DNA of 64,000 bases, taken from the NCBI GenBank assembly GCA_012295275.1, contig CM022671.1, positions 4,650,001 through 4,714,000 on the forward strand, read 5' to 3'. The notes under the pieces are model-generated. The model was not told the DNA's origin, searched no databases, and saw nothing but the letters and a program-made list of their open reading frames with translations. Position numbers and translations under genes: made by a program. The stretch is from Chrysomallon squamiferum (Eukaryota > Animalia > Mollusca). The stretch's first letter is position 1. Each line of letters opens with the position of its first letter. Positions 13,430-28,309 of the stretch are shown here, piece after piece.

Positions 13430-15589
13430 ATAGCAGTAGTGGGAGATGTAGTAGTAGTGTTATATATCCCAGGTTAATCAAAGTTCATCACGAGCATTCT
13501 CGGAAACAGATCAAATTACAACAGAGTGTACTGTTTAACTAGTACATTTTTCTGTACGACACCTTAACAAATAAAATCGTTTTATTTACATATAGAAGAC
13601 TGTGGCAGACAAATATTCATTAATTCATTATTTCTTACGGTGTTTACGCAGTCGCCCATTCATCACGTTTTACGCATTCTGTTAAATATTTGTTTCCTTG
13701 CGGTCTGGAGTCTGTTAATTTCTCATTACATCGAGGCTTCGTTTTTTTTTATCTTAGTAGCGACTATTCGGACTAGAATGGGAGGGGTGTGTGGTGTAGG
13801 AGAGGAGGGGTGTGTGGTGTATAGGAGAGGAGGGAGGGAGGGAGGGTAGCAAGGGCGTGCTAATTGTTGGCGAGTGTGGTGTAGATTTTGTTTCTGTTTG
13901 TGGGTTAATTTTTATTTTATTTTATTTTATTTTATTTTATTTTATTTTTCTTATCATTTTTCTTATTTATTATGTTGCTGTTGTTATTATTATTATTATT
14001 ATTGTTATTGTTATTATTGATATTATTATTATTATTTATTAATTATTATTATTATTATTGTTATTACCATCATTATTATCATCATTATTATCATCATCAT
14101 CATTATCATTATCATCATCATCATCATTATTATTATTATTATTGTTGTTGTTGTTGTTATTATTATTGTTGTTATTATTGTTGTTGTAATTGTTGTTATT
14201 GTTATTTTACTTTATAATGAAACTCGTTTAATCCAGTCACTCTCGTAATGCGTTCTCTTTCTCAAATCTTGAACCATCCCTGGTCTTATTTGACAGGTCG
14301 TGTTTTCCAGGATAATACAGTCTAGTGTGCCTGTCAGACAGTGTTTTGTCTGTCCAGATGTTTGTCTGTTAGTACGTCTTTCTGTTTCTCCATCAACGTA
14401 TTTCTGTCTGACTGTCTGTCTGTCTGTATGTCTATCTGTCTGAGTGTTTGAATACCTACTCTATTTTGTCTTTGTTTTAGGTTTATTTTTATATATCATT
14501 ATATTTGATACGTCTGTTTGTCCATAGATCTGTACGTACATGGCTCTGTGACTGTCTGTGTGTCCTTCCATGCATGCGACTGTTGATTTATTCATGGTAA
14601 AAGTTTATAAAACATCTGCGTGGAAAACTGATAAACTGCGCATTTGTATTCTGACGTTTCAGTACTGTTGCATATAAATTTGTTTCGGATGTGAACAAGT
14701 ACACCATTATTCCGAAATTACACCTTTTTTTTAACAAATATGAAGAAAATAATAAAGATGACTACAAGACAATAAGAATAAATAAATAAATAAATAAATA
14801 AATAAAAGATGATGATGATGATGATGATGATGACAATAATAATAAAAGTAAAATCCATGAAATAATAATCATATAATAAAAAAAAAAAAAAAAAAAAAGG
14901 TACAAAGTAAAATTAATAAAATAATATAAAAAAAAAAAAAAAAGAAAAAATAACATCAAATAAAATAAAATAAATAAAAACTACGTATAATTATAATCAG
15001 AACTTCTTCAACTGTCATTGTCGAATTGTTACGCCTCGTTTAGATCGTATGAAACACGCCACGCGAAACCCGAAACCACTTAGAACCCGTCTATGACAGA
15101 CAGTCTATTCGATGACAGCCGAACAAAAGAGAAAGAAAAGACTGGAATCCGTCGGCGAGAAATCAAGCGGAATACAACTTGAGGAGAGAATGAATCAATG
15201 ATTAATTGATGGTTGGAAGTTTCCGTTATTTTTTTTTTTTTTTTTGATTATTGTTTTTTTCTTTTTCTTTATGGCTTCGAAAACGTTTGTAACATCCCCC
15301 TACTTATCCTAACAGTTAGCTAACGTTTGGCTTTTGTTGCTCAGTGATAATAAACTGAAGTCGAAGATAGCAACTGTGTTTTAACCACTGGGCCTGCTAT
15401 TTAACGTCATCGTAATTTACGATTGTCATTTTTTTGTAGCAAGCTGATGTGTGACAGACTGGCTTGAATATTGATGTTTTCAGTTTTCCGAGCGTATTTA
15501 GGTTTCTGATTTCTAGCTATATACAGCGTTAAGTCGTACACTTTGAATTAAAAGAACAGAGTAACGTTTTAATGAATTTCTACGATAAC

Positions 15590-16045
15590 ATTCTGAAGAT
15601 AGATACAATGATTTAAAGATACGTTCTAAAACTGTTTAAGAACCTGTTATAAAACTGTTAAAGACATTATTCTAAAAGTTTATAAGAATTTGAAGAGTTT
15701 GGTTCCTAAAACGCTGATAAATCCATTTTGTTTGTTTTGAGAAAAATGACTATTTCTGCTGTGGAGTTTATTCCGTCAAATGCTGAACTTTTAGTGGCGT
15801 TTTTTTTTTTTTTTTTTTTAATTTTGGTTTTGGCGTTTATCGCGTTTTGGAATTAAATTCTTCATTTATTCTAAAACTGTCCAAAATATTATTCCAAACC
15901 TAAGAAAATACCATTCTGAAACTCTCAAAGACGCTGTTCTAAAAATACCAAAGATATCGTTCTAAAACTGCCAAGAACTGTCTAAGATACCATTCTAAAA
16001 ATGTCAAAAAATATCATTTAAATATCTAACACACTATTCTAAGCT
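15590..16045. repeat. Degenerate ~23-bp tandem repeat (ttctaaaactgtcaaagatacca-like), interrupted
   Basis: Recurrent ttctaaaac/ttctaaaaa...aagata motif at 15590-15710 and 15870-16045. Confidence 0.55.
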
Positions 16046-16479
16046 TGGTAAGACAAACGACAGATATCTGTATAGTACCGACTAGCAAAGTTCTTTTCTT
16101 CAAGACCGTCTGCTCTGGATAAAAACAAGAATATCCACACTCAACTCATAAAATCCCTTCTGGATTAATTTGCATGGTTTTATTCTGCTTCCGATAAAAG
16201 CGCACTACGCTCCATACAAAACAGATCCAGTGTCATAACAATCAACGACGAAAGACAAAGAAGGGCGTGGTTTGGTGAGAAGCGATGATTACCCTCGATT
16301 ATTGAGCAGCCTCTTTCAGTGTTCCCTCGGTGGCCGAACGGTGAAAACAGTCCACCTTCGAAATATGAGCGAAAGGCTACCATACGTTCGAGTCCCGATA
16401 GAAGAATTTTTATTTTTTTATTTTTTTATTTTTATTTTTTTCTGTGATTTTTATTCATAAAATTCTTATTTAAAAATAA

Positions 16480-16512
<33 letters not shown>

Positions 16513-16785
16513 ACTTATTTACTTTATTTGTATTTATTTATTTCAGTAATTAAGTCTCTATATCTTCCTCTCTCTATCTCTCTCTCTCTCTATCTACGCA
16601 TCTACCTACGTATCTGTTTCTCTCTCAGATTTCATCATCCTACTTCCGACATCACTCATTTGAATATTATTAATTTGTCTATTAATTAATGAACTCTTTT
16701 ATACAATTAGTATATTAGAACAAGACTCCGAGAAAAAAAAAAAAAAAAAAAAAACCATGAAGTACTCTTCATCTTTCCACGGACG

Positions 16786-16831
16786 AAAAAATCAGCGGGT
16801 TCCAGGAATCGATCCTGCTACCGCCCACGTG

Positions 16832-16863
<32 letters not shown>

Positions 16864-16888
16864 CATTCTAACCTAAACAGTGGCGCTG
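16786..16888 (-). pseudogene. tRNA-like remnant (Val-like) interrupted by a (GT)n/(T)n expansion
   Basis: Minus strand: CAGCG...AGGTTAGA...[GT/T run]TACACG...CAGG-ATCGATT-CCTG...CGCTG followed by TTTTT. CAGCG and CGCTG could form an acceptor stem. Confidence 0.4.
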
Positions 16889-17058
16889 AGATTATTGGCC
16901 TAAAACACGATACCGTTTTTAATCTATAATTAAAAATATCTCTGTCATCGAAAAGTGATTACGTCTAAACTTACGTCTTCAAGAGTGACGCGTAGCGGAT
17001 GCAGTTGTCAGGCAATGAAACAGTACTGGGCGAAACGCGAGAGAAAAGAAAGCTTACG

Positions 17059-17122
<64 letters not shown>

Positions 17123-17903
17123 TTTTTTCTTCGATGGAAGAGGAAATTGTTTCACGTTGCGTGTTGAACCCGCAGCGCCCAGACTTGTCATTGTCTATTG
17201 ATTGATTTATGCTATTCACCGCGACAGTTCTATCTTTTCGGTTCGCTTTTCTCTCAAATCGTAAAAGCCCGGGCTTTGATTGGCGCTGGTGGAAAAATCC
17301 TGAGCGGAGAAATTGATGATCGGGGAACTCGAGCCCAGGAGAAAAAGAGTATGGGAAGAGAGAGCGAGAAAGAGAAAGAGTAAGAGAGAGAGGGCTAGCT
17401 AGCTAGCTACTGCGACAGCGACAGTTTTAAACACAACGCCCGCGATGGGTCACAAATGTTTCTGCTGCATGGGAATGCGACAGATTGACGGTGTGCAAAA
17501 CCACGCCCGCTGTTTCGCTGAAATATTCTTTTAAAAAAAAAAGCTTCCAGTGTTAATTTGCTCCTGGCTACTTATACAGGACGAGACGTTGATTCCATTT
17601 TTTTTTTTTTTTTTTCATTTTTTCATTTTTTTTTTTTTGGTGGTGAAAACTTCTTCTCGTAAGAGCTGAGCTCTTATCTTGTGAAAAATTGTTAATCCGG
17701 ATTTACTGATGCTCTCCGAAAATGGGAGGAAGTTAAAGGAAGGAAGAGGAATATTTTTTTTGTTGTTGTTGATTTCTACGGTTACGTCTAAACAGGTATG
17801 ATGGTGTTTTATTCTTATCGTTATCATTATCATCATCATCGTCGTCATCATTACTGTCGTCATTATCATTATTATTGTAAAAGTTGTTGTTGTTGTTGTT
17901 AAA

Positions 17904-17956
<53 letters not shown>

Positions 17957-18331
17957 AATTAATTAATTAAGGAAATATAGTGATATTTCTTAATAAATAT
18001 CATAATTAACATGGAATATTCTTATAATTAAATAATATGTAATGAAATCTAAGTATGTAATTTAATTAAGAGATAAACTTATTCTATCGACATTGTTTAC
18101 AAAACTATCAGAAAACTAAAGTTAAGAAGAAATATATTTCTAATTATTATTTTTGTAATTTTTTCAACATTTACGGCAAAAGTGTGTGCTTTGTAGTATT
18201 TTAAATTGTGTAGCGCAAAACAAATGTAAGCGAATAAAACAATTATGTAAAAGTTCAAAACAAAAAACAAGTAATATATCAAAGTATGTGTTTCGTGCTA
18301 TCCTGTGTATATAAATAATAACTTCTTTTGA

Positions 18332-18418
<87 letters not shown>

Positions 18419-18732
18419 GTCTTTTGCTCTCTGTGTATCTGTTTCTCTCTTTTTTCTCATTCTGTATCTTAATCTATTTCTCATTTTTTATCTATGTATT
18501 TTTCTATCCGTCCGTATATCTATATATCCATTATTTATCTGTCTATGTGTATACATATTACGATCTCTTTTATAACCAACTATAGATGATACTAACATTA
18601 ATGAAAGAAACTAACGTAAAACAACGCTAGCAAAGATAAAATAAATTGTCGCAACTATATATGAAATCCTTTCATGAGAGATTTGCGATAAATAAATAGA
18701 CAAAATATTGTTAATATAACCCATGATTTTCT

Positions 18733-18824
<92 letters not shown>

Positions 18825-20067
18825 GTGTTTCTCTTCTCTTTTGCTGGTAGCATGGATCGTTGGTCACAACAGAACAAAACGGGACAGCTAGATTTCCAAA
18901 GATCAGTTGATAAAGAAACTAAATAAAACATCATTTCGATTTTTCACGACTTCGATCAAACATTACAACATAACCTGATAATGTAATATTATTATTATAC
19001 CTTTTTTTTTTCCCCCCTTTTACTGAATTGTCTATGATTAGAAGATCAAAGAGACAATCTAAAATGTATCATCACTTTTTCACTTTGATCTTCCCCCTTC
19101 AACGATTCACTTTGCTTGTTGCATATCAATGAACGCTGGACTAAGGTAATGAACGCACAGTTTGGCTCAATAAATCATTTTAGACGCAGCCACATAGAAC
19201 ATAAAGGTTCGAGTACTGACATGATAGGTGTACATAGAAAGATATGATTAACATTCACAATAGAGTATTGCTCAGAGGAATATAGGGAACTGTCATAAAT
19301 ATGATCACTGTGACTACGATGATAACCACACCTACGTTTACTACTACTACTTCTACCGTGACAATGACAACTGTTAATTATTGTTTCAGTTGTGTCTGCT
19401 ATTAGTAACTATGTTAGTACGTTTTCATTTAACATCATCAGTATTAATACTACTGTTACTATTACCAGTGCTATAGTACTTCCTATATTAATAATACAAT
19501 TTCTTGTACCACTGCTACTACTGTCATTATTATTATACTTTATTTTATTAATATTATTATTATTATTATTTTTTTTTTTTTTATTAAATATATTTTTTTT
19601 TTTATTGTTTATTTGATAATATTTCATCTTTTTCATTAATTATTTATTTTACTTTGTTAAATTAATTAATTTTTTGGGGGGTGATCGAGTGAAGATTTGA
19701 TGTGTTGGATCTATTTAAATACGAAGGGACACTACAAATTTAGTACAGCATATACAGCGTGTACAAATGTTACTTATCTTATTACTTACTTAACCACACT
19801 TCGACTTTTTTCTTCAGTAAAATATAATAAGTAAGCACGTCTGTAAAAAACCATGAATTAATAATTACAATCAATTTCGTTATTAGAACCAGTTTGACTG
19901 TACACATTAAATTTGAATATGGCATGTTTAGTTTAATTATTAATATATTATATTAAAACAGTCTTTTAAAATGTCTTTAACAGACGCAAATCAATGGAGG
20001 TGGGTGGGAGGATGAATCTATGGGATCTGGACATTCTAAAAGAAAAAACAGAAGATAATAATAATAA

Positions 20068-20102
<35 letters not shown>

Positions 20103-21933
20103 AAACGTCGCTAGTACTTTTAGTTACATTTCGCTAGATTTCGTAAAGCTTGGAGTAATTACCTTTTCAAGAAAACACACACACAATCACACACACACAT
20201 ACGCACACACGCCCGCCCCACCGTTAAGAATACAGTACCCCCTCCTCAATATGGTCTTAATTACTGAAGTATGCTTCATTTAATTTTTGTATATTATGTA
20301 CAGCTTCTACGAGATATTGTTTCAAAGGCGTGCAATCGAAAACCGTACAATTAACACTGAACGTGCATTTGTGTTATTTTAACCATTACTTTGACCTGGG
20401 CTTGATACGCGCTAACTCATCTGTTATTTGATTCTAAAATAACAACAAGAAAAATTACCTCCCTTTAAATTAAGCTTGGTTAAATAATGTTTCGTTCACG
20501 CGATAAATTTAAAACAAACAACAGTACATTTACGTCTGCACGGTTCAAAACGTTATTTTCTTAAAACTGGGACGGTTCAGAAGATGAAGAATTTGCGTGG
20601 AAATATCTTTTCTTTTTGTTCTAATTACGTTCACTCGGTGTCGGGAAGGGTCTACGTTGTCGTAGACGGGTTTTTAATGGCGTTGCAGAGCAGAGACGGG
20701 GGTCTCCTGGGTGATGACGTCGTCATTGACGCTTAGTCATTTAAACAGTGATTGGTGATGAGTGTTTGTGTAAATATTATTCATTTTAGTTGATATCATC
20801 TCTGCTTCGGTGAAAGATCAAAAAAAATAATAATAATAAATAAATAAAAAAAAGGCCGGTTTTTTTAATTTTGTACTGCCGCATACTTAAAATATATATA
20901 AAGATTTTTACACTGATGTATGTGTTTATTTTATATATATTTATATTCTCTTCTCTCTATCTATCTATCTCTCTATCTCTGACTCTATCTATCTTTCTCT
21001 GTGTGTACGTTTGTCCAGCTATCTATCTTACTGTCTGTCCGTCTGTCTTTCTAACTATCGTGTCTGTCGGTCTTTCCGTTAGTTCGTCTTCCCATGTATT
21101 TATCTACCTGTCTTTCTCTCTGTCTATCTATCCATCCATCTATCCTTCTACCTATTTAACTATCTAACGATCTATTTATGTATCCATCCATCAACCTCCA
21201 TCCATCTATCTATCTTTCTGTCCATCTGTCTATCTCATTATCTATCTGTCTATTTACCTCTCTATCCACCCGTCCTTCCATCCATCCATCCATCCACACA
21301 TCTGTCTATACGCATACATCCATATCTGTGTGTGTGTATGTTATCGTTACACCCTCATCTACAGAACGTTACCTACACACAACAAACACCGCCAGAACTC
21401 ATCGCCCGGTGTTGACACAAAAACGCGACCGCTGCAAGAAACGAAACCAGCGCCATCTGCTGTCACTCCCGCACCGCCATCTGCTTGCAGCGTTTCGCGT
21501 GTTCAGTCTAATAAAATGCCTGCTTTCGGTGGCATGGGACTCGAAAACCGAATTAGACTGTCCAATCAATATCACTTTAAAAAGAGGAATAACACAGAAG
21601 CACTGCAAGCTCTGATGTCACTAGAAGCCGGGACTTGTTGTTGTTTTGTTGTTTTGTTGTTTTTTTTTCTTTGGGAAAATGCACGTTTCTGAAATTCGGT
21701 CCGAAGGGACAAGTTGTCGCGCAGTTTGACATCACGAGCATAATTCACTATGAAATATTTTCAGATATTTTGTGTTGCTGATTTTGTGGTTAGACATACA
21801 TTTTTTTTTTTTTAAAGTGGGTAAATTGGTTATGTGTTAAAGTTATTTTGAAATTTTGAAATTTTTATTTATTATATATATATATATATATTATGTAATA
21901 TATGTAATATAAGTAGTGATTCAAGTCGTATTT

Positions 21934-21972
<39 letters not shown>

Positions 21973-22268
21973 TTTTATCTTCTATAGACATCTCTAGAAA
22001 AGCGATATGCAACACAAATAGTGATACATAATATTGTTAGAAAAAAATTACATGAGAGAAAATGTTATTTTTACAAAGTGAATGTAAATGATTAAATGTT
22101 ATTCTCTGTTTTTAGGAAATATGTGACACACATGAATACAGTTGTCTTTAGCAAATAATTACATATCAAATTATGTTTATGTTTACTGTTAGAAATTATA
22201 ATAAAAAAAGGTGACAAGTAAAAGAAATATTAGAATGCTTTAAAAGTGTTGAACGTATCTTTAAAAGT

Positions 22269-22348
<80 letters not shown>

Positions 22349-23271
22349 CTCTAACTCTATTTCTCTCTCTTTCTCTCTCTCTCTCTCCCTCCCTCCCTTT
22401 CTCTCTCTCGCTCTCTCTGAATATATATACAGTATATATATATATCTTTCTCTTCAAAATACTAAATATAAATAAAATTATCTCAAAATGTATTACATAT
22501 ATATTAACGTACACATTCGTATCAAACGCCATTATTAGTAAATCCAATGTTTGTCCGAATCACAGTCCACATTATATATATTTTTTATTTTTTTTTAAAC
22601 GCCAGACGATAATACCCTGCAATGGCGGTTGAGCAAAGCGCAACAAATATAAAGACCAGTTTACTCTGTCGCTTTATTATTATGATTATGATTATTATTA
22701 TTATTATTAATAACGTAGACAAAGACACGTCGATGCGAACGATACTCGTGTAAAATTGCGCTCTCTACCATCGACGTATCGGCAATTAAGAACATCTAAT
22801 GGAATTTGGAAAAGCCTCGGAACCAGCGAGCCCGGAAAAACATTGAGACAGATTGCGTAGTTTTTCCCTTAGAACCAGTCGAGATCGCGGTCGCTAAGGG
22901 TTGCGAAAAAATCGATTGGCGGGATTATACGATTTATGTAGGTCGTAAATAATTTAGTAACTTGCGAGATGTGAACATGTATTTAGTGTCCTCCCGTCTA
23001 AAAGCCGTGAACCGATCTGTGTAGGGAAGAGGGGGGAAGGGGGAAGAGGGGGAAGGGGGGAAATGGGTGGATGGGGCGTGTTTAACTTGGAGACACTCAC
23101 CGAATGTTTAGATCGACTGAATTTCTGATTTTTACTTTAAATCTTTATTTTTTTATTTTTTTATTTTTTTATTTTTTTATGTAGAATAAAATAAAAACCA
23201 ATAAAATATGTTTTGGTTTTTATTTTATTTATACTTTTTTATTATTTGTTAATATCTTTATTATTATTATT

Positions 23272-23318
<47 letters not shown>

Positions 23319-24074
23319 ATTGTGGTGGTGGTGGTGGTGGTGGTGGTGGTGATGATGTTATTGTTACTTCTTTAAATCTTTTTGTTATTAATATCACTTT
23401 TATTTTTATTTTTTTCATATTTTATTTTTTTTTTTTATTTTTTTTATTTCTTTATTTACAAAATAACAAAAAAAAATAACAAAAAAAAATCAAAATAAAC
23501 TCACCACATCTTTAAAGCTACATCCACCAAAATCCAAACACATCCATCAACCCCACCCCACACACCACACACACCCCACCCCACACACACCCCTCTTTCC
23601 TGTATTTCTCGACCCGCCCTTCCACAACGGCATAATTCCTAAACAACGTTTTTATCGATGATTAAGGCAACTCTAAATTCCTTTACATCTGTAATTAATT
23701 GGATAGATCGTTCCAGAAAATCGAAGTCATACTAAGGTATTTGTTATCGAACTGTCAACAACTGTTAAGACGTATCATGTTCGCGGTACACTTATTATTG
23801 TGCAGAGTAAATAACGCTGAAACGGACTCGATTAATACCGATAGAGACGGTGGACGTACGTGTGTGTGTGTGTATATATATCTATACTGAAAGATTTGAT
23901 TCGATAAAAGAGAATGAAATCGTTTAAGCGATAATAAAAAAAATCCATCGATAGTTTTTACCATTACGAGCGAGTGGAAGCGGCGAACACGCTGAGAGGT
24001 AAGCGAAGCGATTTAATTTCTGGTTCGCTGTTTTAATAATCTCGCTCTCTCAGTAATTTCGTTTAGATGCAAAC

Positions 24075-24136
<62 letters not shown>

Positions 24137-24373
24137 GGATGGATGGATGGATATGGATAGATAGATAGATAGATGTATAGATAGATAGATAGATGGATAT
24201 ATAGATAGATAGATATTTGCTGTGGTTTTCGCGTTTCTAAAACTTCTTTGCTGTCTATGAGCAGGTGCTTATAAAATATCGCTTTCTGCTAGTTGATAAC
24301 AATGGATCACAGAATGATATAGACGTATACTCTTTTCATATTAGATTTATGAAATGAAAATCACAATTTACAC

Positions 24374-24377
<4 letters not shown>

Positions 24378-24446
<69 letters not shown>

Positions 24447-24490
24447 CTCTCTCTCTCTCTAAAACTCTCTCTCTGTCTGTCTGTCTGTCT

Positions 24491-24569
<79 letters not shown>

Positions 24570-24910
24570 ACACTCTCTCTCTCTATGTATCTCTCTCACT
24601 CTCTCTCTCTATATATCTCTCTCATTCTCTCTCTCTCATTCTCTATCACTCTCTCTTTCTATGTCTCTCTCTCTGTCTCTCTCTGTCTTTCTGTCTCTGT
24701 CTGCCTCTTTCTCTTTCTATTTTTCTCTCTGTCTCTATCTTTCTCTCTGTCTCTCTAATTTTCTTTCTTTCTCTGTCTTTCTGTCTCTGTCTGCCTCTCT
24801 CTCTCTTTCTCTCTGTCTCTGTCTGTATCTCTCTGTTTCTCTCTCTGTCTATCTCTCTGTCTCACTCTCTGTCTCACTCTCTCTCTCCCTCCCTCTCTCC
24901 CTCCCTCCCT

Positions 24911-24994
<84 letters not shown>

Positions 24995-25010
24995 CTCTCT
25001 CATATTCTCT
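24378..25010. repeat. Compound (CT)n/(CTGT)n microsatellite block
   Basis: Directly visible; shares non-periodic segments with the block at 34177-34681. Confidence 0.9.
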
Positions 25011-25669
25011 CCCTTTCTCTCTGTTCTTTATCACTTTATCATGTCCAGTTCTCTCCAAACCACTAACATAACAACGCGCCTGTTACGTTCACAGCACCGA
25101 TGTCAAACAGTTGCAGGCGAACTGACGTCACAGTGACGTTGTTTCCGTAATGACAGAACGGAGCTGTGTAGAGGCTGCTGATGTAACGCAGTCGTACAAT
25201 TAGTTTAAGATCTCAGGAGAAATTTCAAATATCTAATTTGTGTTCAGGCAACCTGCTTATCCAGCAAGCCGTAATTACATCAGAAAGTTTCCACACACAA
25301 AACGAAATGCTAAATAACACTTTGAATCTGAGCAGTTTTATTTCTTTCTTTACATCTGTCTTTCTTTCTTTCTTTCATTCTTTCTTTCATTTTCGATTTT
25401 TTTTTTTTTTTTTTTTTCTTTGTGGTTTCTTTATCTTTCTTTCTTTCTTTGTTGTTTCACTTTGTTTTGTTTTTCTTTCTTCCTTTTTTTTCCTTTTTCT
25501 TTCTTTTGTTCATTTTTTTTCTCTTTTATTTAATTTTTGTATTTTCTGATGTATGTGTGTCTCTCTGTGTGTATGTGTGTGTAATTATGTACGTACGTAT
25601 ATAATTATATATATATATATATATAGAAGTATGTGTTATTGTATGTATATAATTACGTACATACATACA

Positions 25670-25756
<87 letters not shown>

Positions 25757-26281
25757 GAGGTACATATATGTATGTATGTATGTATGTATGTATATATGTA
25801 TATCTTTTTTTAAGTACGTAGGTATGTATCCTACATTTTAGATCGACATTAATCTTTATTTTCTTAGTGCAAAAAAACATTATCACAATTATACGATTTC
25901 ACAATTACACATCAACACTGGCGCCAACACACACAGTCTCGTCATCAAAGAAAACATGCAACATCAGCAACGACGTCCGCCAGGGACACTACATGTGTCC
26001 TACATAAACAGTGAGACATCGTGATAACTCGGATATTTCAAATTAACGCGATAAAAGCAAATGTTTTTTAAAACACAGTCTTCCAGCGAGAGTAATAGAA
26101 TTTTTTTTGACTAATTCTGTGTTCATTCTGCTCTCAGTCACACGGGTAATATTACAATGTTTTGATAACCTGCTCTCTGAGTTACTCGGAATTTCTAATA
26201 AGAAATGTAATTTTCGAGCCGTAGTCGTCATGAAATCGATTGTTACAGAGTGAGGTGGTTATTTTTATTTATTTTATTTAC

Positions 26282-26336
<55 letters not shown>

Positions 26337-26590
26337 TTCTATTCTATTCTATTCTATTCTATTAGTAGTATTGTTTGTTTTTACTGTTTATTTAGTTTTT
26401 ATTTATTTATTTATTTATTCTATTCTATTTACTGTTTATTTAGTTTTTATTTATTTATTTATTTATTCTATTCTATTAGTAGTATTGTTTGTTTTTACTG
26501 TTTATTTAGTTTTTATTTATTTATTTATTTATTCTATTCTATTAGTAGTATTGTTTGTTTTTACTGTTTATTTAGTTTTATTTATTTATG
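26337..26590. repeat. ~65-70 bp tandem repeat embedded in ATTT microsatellite
   Basis: tattctattctattagtagtattgtttgtttttactgtttatttagttttta occurs three times, plus a partial copy. Confidence 0.85.
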
Positions 26591-26753
26591 TATTTATTTA
26601 GTTGTTTATTTGTCTATTTATTTGTTTGTTTGTTTGTTTATTTTTTTTTTATGTTTTGTTTGTTTATTTGTTTATTTGTTTATTTTTTTATTTGTTTATT
26701 TATTTATTTGTTTGTTTGTTTGTTTGTTTGTTTGTTTGTTTATTTATTATCTC

Positions 26754-27679
26754 TTAAACATTCAGTCCATTCTGCTCACTATGACCTCGTGTTTTTAAAA
26801 ACATGTTTTATCTGAAATCTGAGTTTTTTGTGAATAATTTTTTTAAACGACACCATTTTTCTTTTAATTATTTCATTCCACCTTAAAATAAAATAATATC
26901 CTGTACCTTTTAACAGCAGCCTTCCCATGATGTTTGATGTTTTGTATCATTGAATTTTCAGTGCTTTTTTGTCATTCAGCGTAGAACAGAACCTTTTAGT
27001 CATCTCTGTTTACAGTTTGATCCAAATCTTTTTCCAAGTGAATTCACTATCACAAAACTTGCATAAGATATTTAATATCAGCTGCATTCATGACATCATG
27101 CATCGACTGAAATATGATAATTTTTTTGTTTTGTCTTTGTGGCAATGGATTATGGTAATCTAGAAGTTGTAAAGTGATATTTTCAATGTCAGAATCACAA
27201 TCTTCCATAACTTTTGAAGTTTTTTTTGTAATTTTGAGTTTGCAGTGGTGAAGATCATCAAGATATCGTAATAAAATATTTAAAATTTTTGAGTTTACTA
27301 AGCTCCAATTCCAGCATAAACTCTTTCAGGATATTTTGTACCTTTCGAGCACTTGAAAACACCAGTTAAGTGCTCACGGACATTTTGTAACTTTGAGCCA
27401 GCAGTGCTCACTATATCCCCCCCATTTTGTAACAGAATAGTTTGTATCTTTGAGTTTCTGCACTGCTCACAGTTACCAATGGAATGCTTTGTATCTTTGA
27501 GTTTTCTGTACTCGCAGTTTTCTGAGCACGTAACAAAATGTTTTGCATCGCACTGAAATTTTTTTATAATACAACTTTGTATCTTTGAGTCAGAGGTGCT
27601 CACAGTTACCAAAGCCTGTAATAGAATGTTTTGTGTGTGTGTGTGTGTGTGCGCGTCTTGTTCAGACTTAATGGGTTAA
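26754..27679. mobile_element. Candidate non-autonomous piggyBac-like element (TTAA-flanked, imperfect TIRs)
   Basis: Left end TTAA|ACATTCAGTCC (26754); right end reverse complement TTAA|CCCATTAAGTCTG (27679). Internal degenerate repeats (tttgtatctttgag...gctcacagttacca). No transposase ORF. Confidence 0.45.
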
Positions 27680-28206
27680 GCTGGCGCAAATAGTCTTAAT
27701 CAGATAGAACTAACTCCGCTAAAACACGAAGCCATAAAGCCAGAGCTGTTAGCATTAAGATAAATGGATATTTAGCGGAGCAGAATTGATGCAGATGTAT
27801 ATGATCCCATTGGCTTTCGTAAAGATGGGCTTTTCGAGAGGAGAATGAGAAAAAGAAAAAAAAAAAAAAAATATCGTCGTGTTTAATATATATATATCAC
27901 TGGATATTCCATGTGGTAGCTCAGATAAAATGACGAAGGGGCATTCTGTAGTAGTAAACGCCTGATGTTCGTTATGTTTTATGAAGCCATTGTTTAATAA
28001 AGTTTTAAATTGAGGCGGAAGAGAAAACAGAGGTGGAAGATGAGATACCGCGAATAGTCGGGTCGTGAAGTTAAAATTTAATAAAGAGAAATTGATATTG
28101 TGATGAAATGAACTTTAGATCAAAAATATACAGACAGAGCGAACGTTGAGAAACGGATTTAATGATAAACTGTTTAAATGTCTTTGAATGGGAGACGGAA
28201 AATTAG

Positions 28207-28309
<103 letters not shown>

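Noticed and set aside
27298-27612. Cys-rich ORFs of 104 and 67 aa
   Set aside because: They derive from degenerate internal repeats of the candidate transposon and show no transposase or other domain motif.
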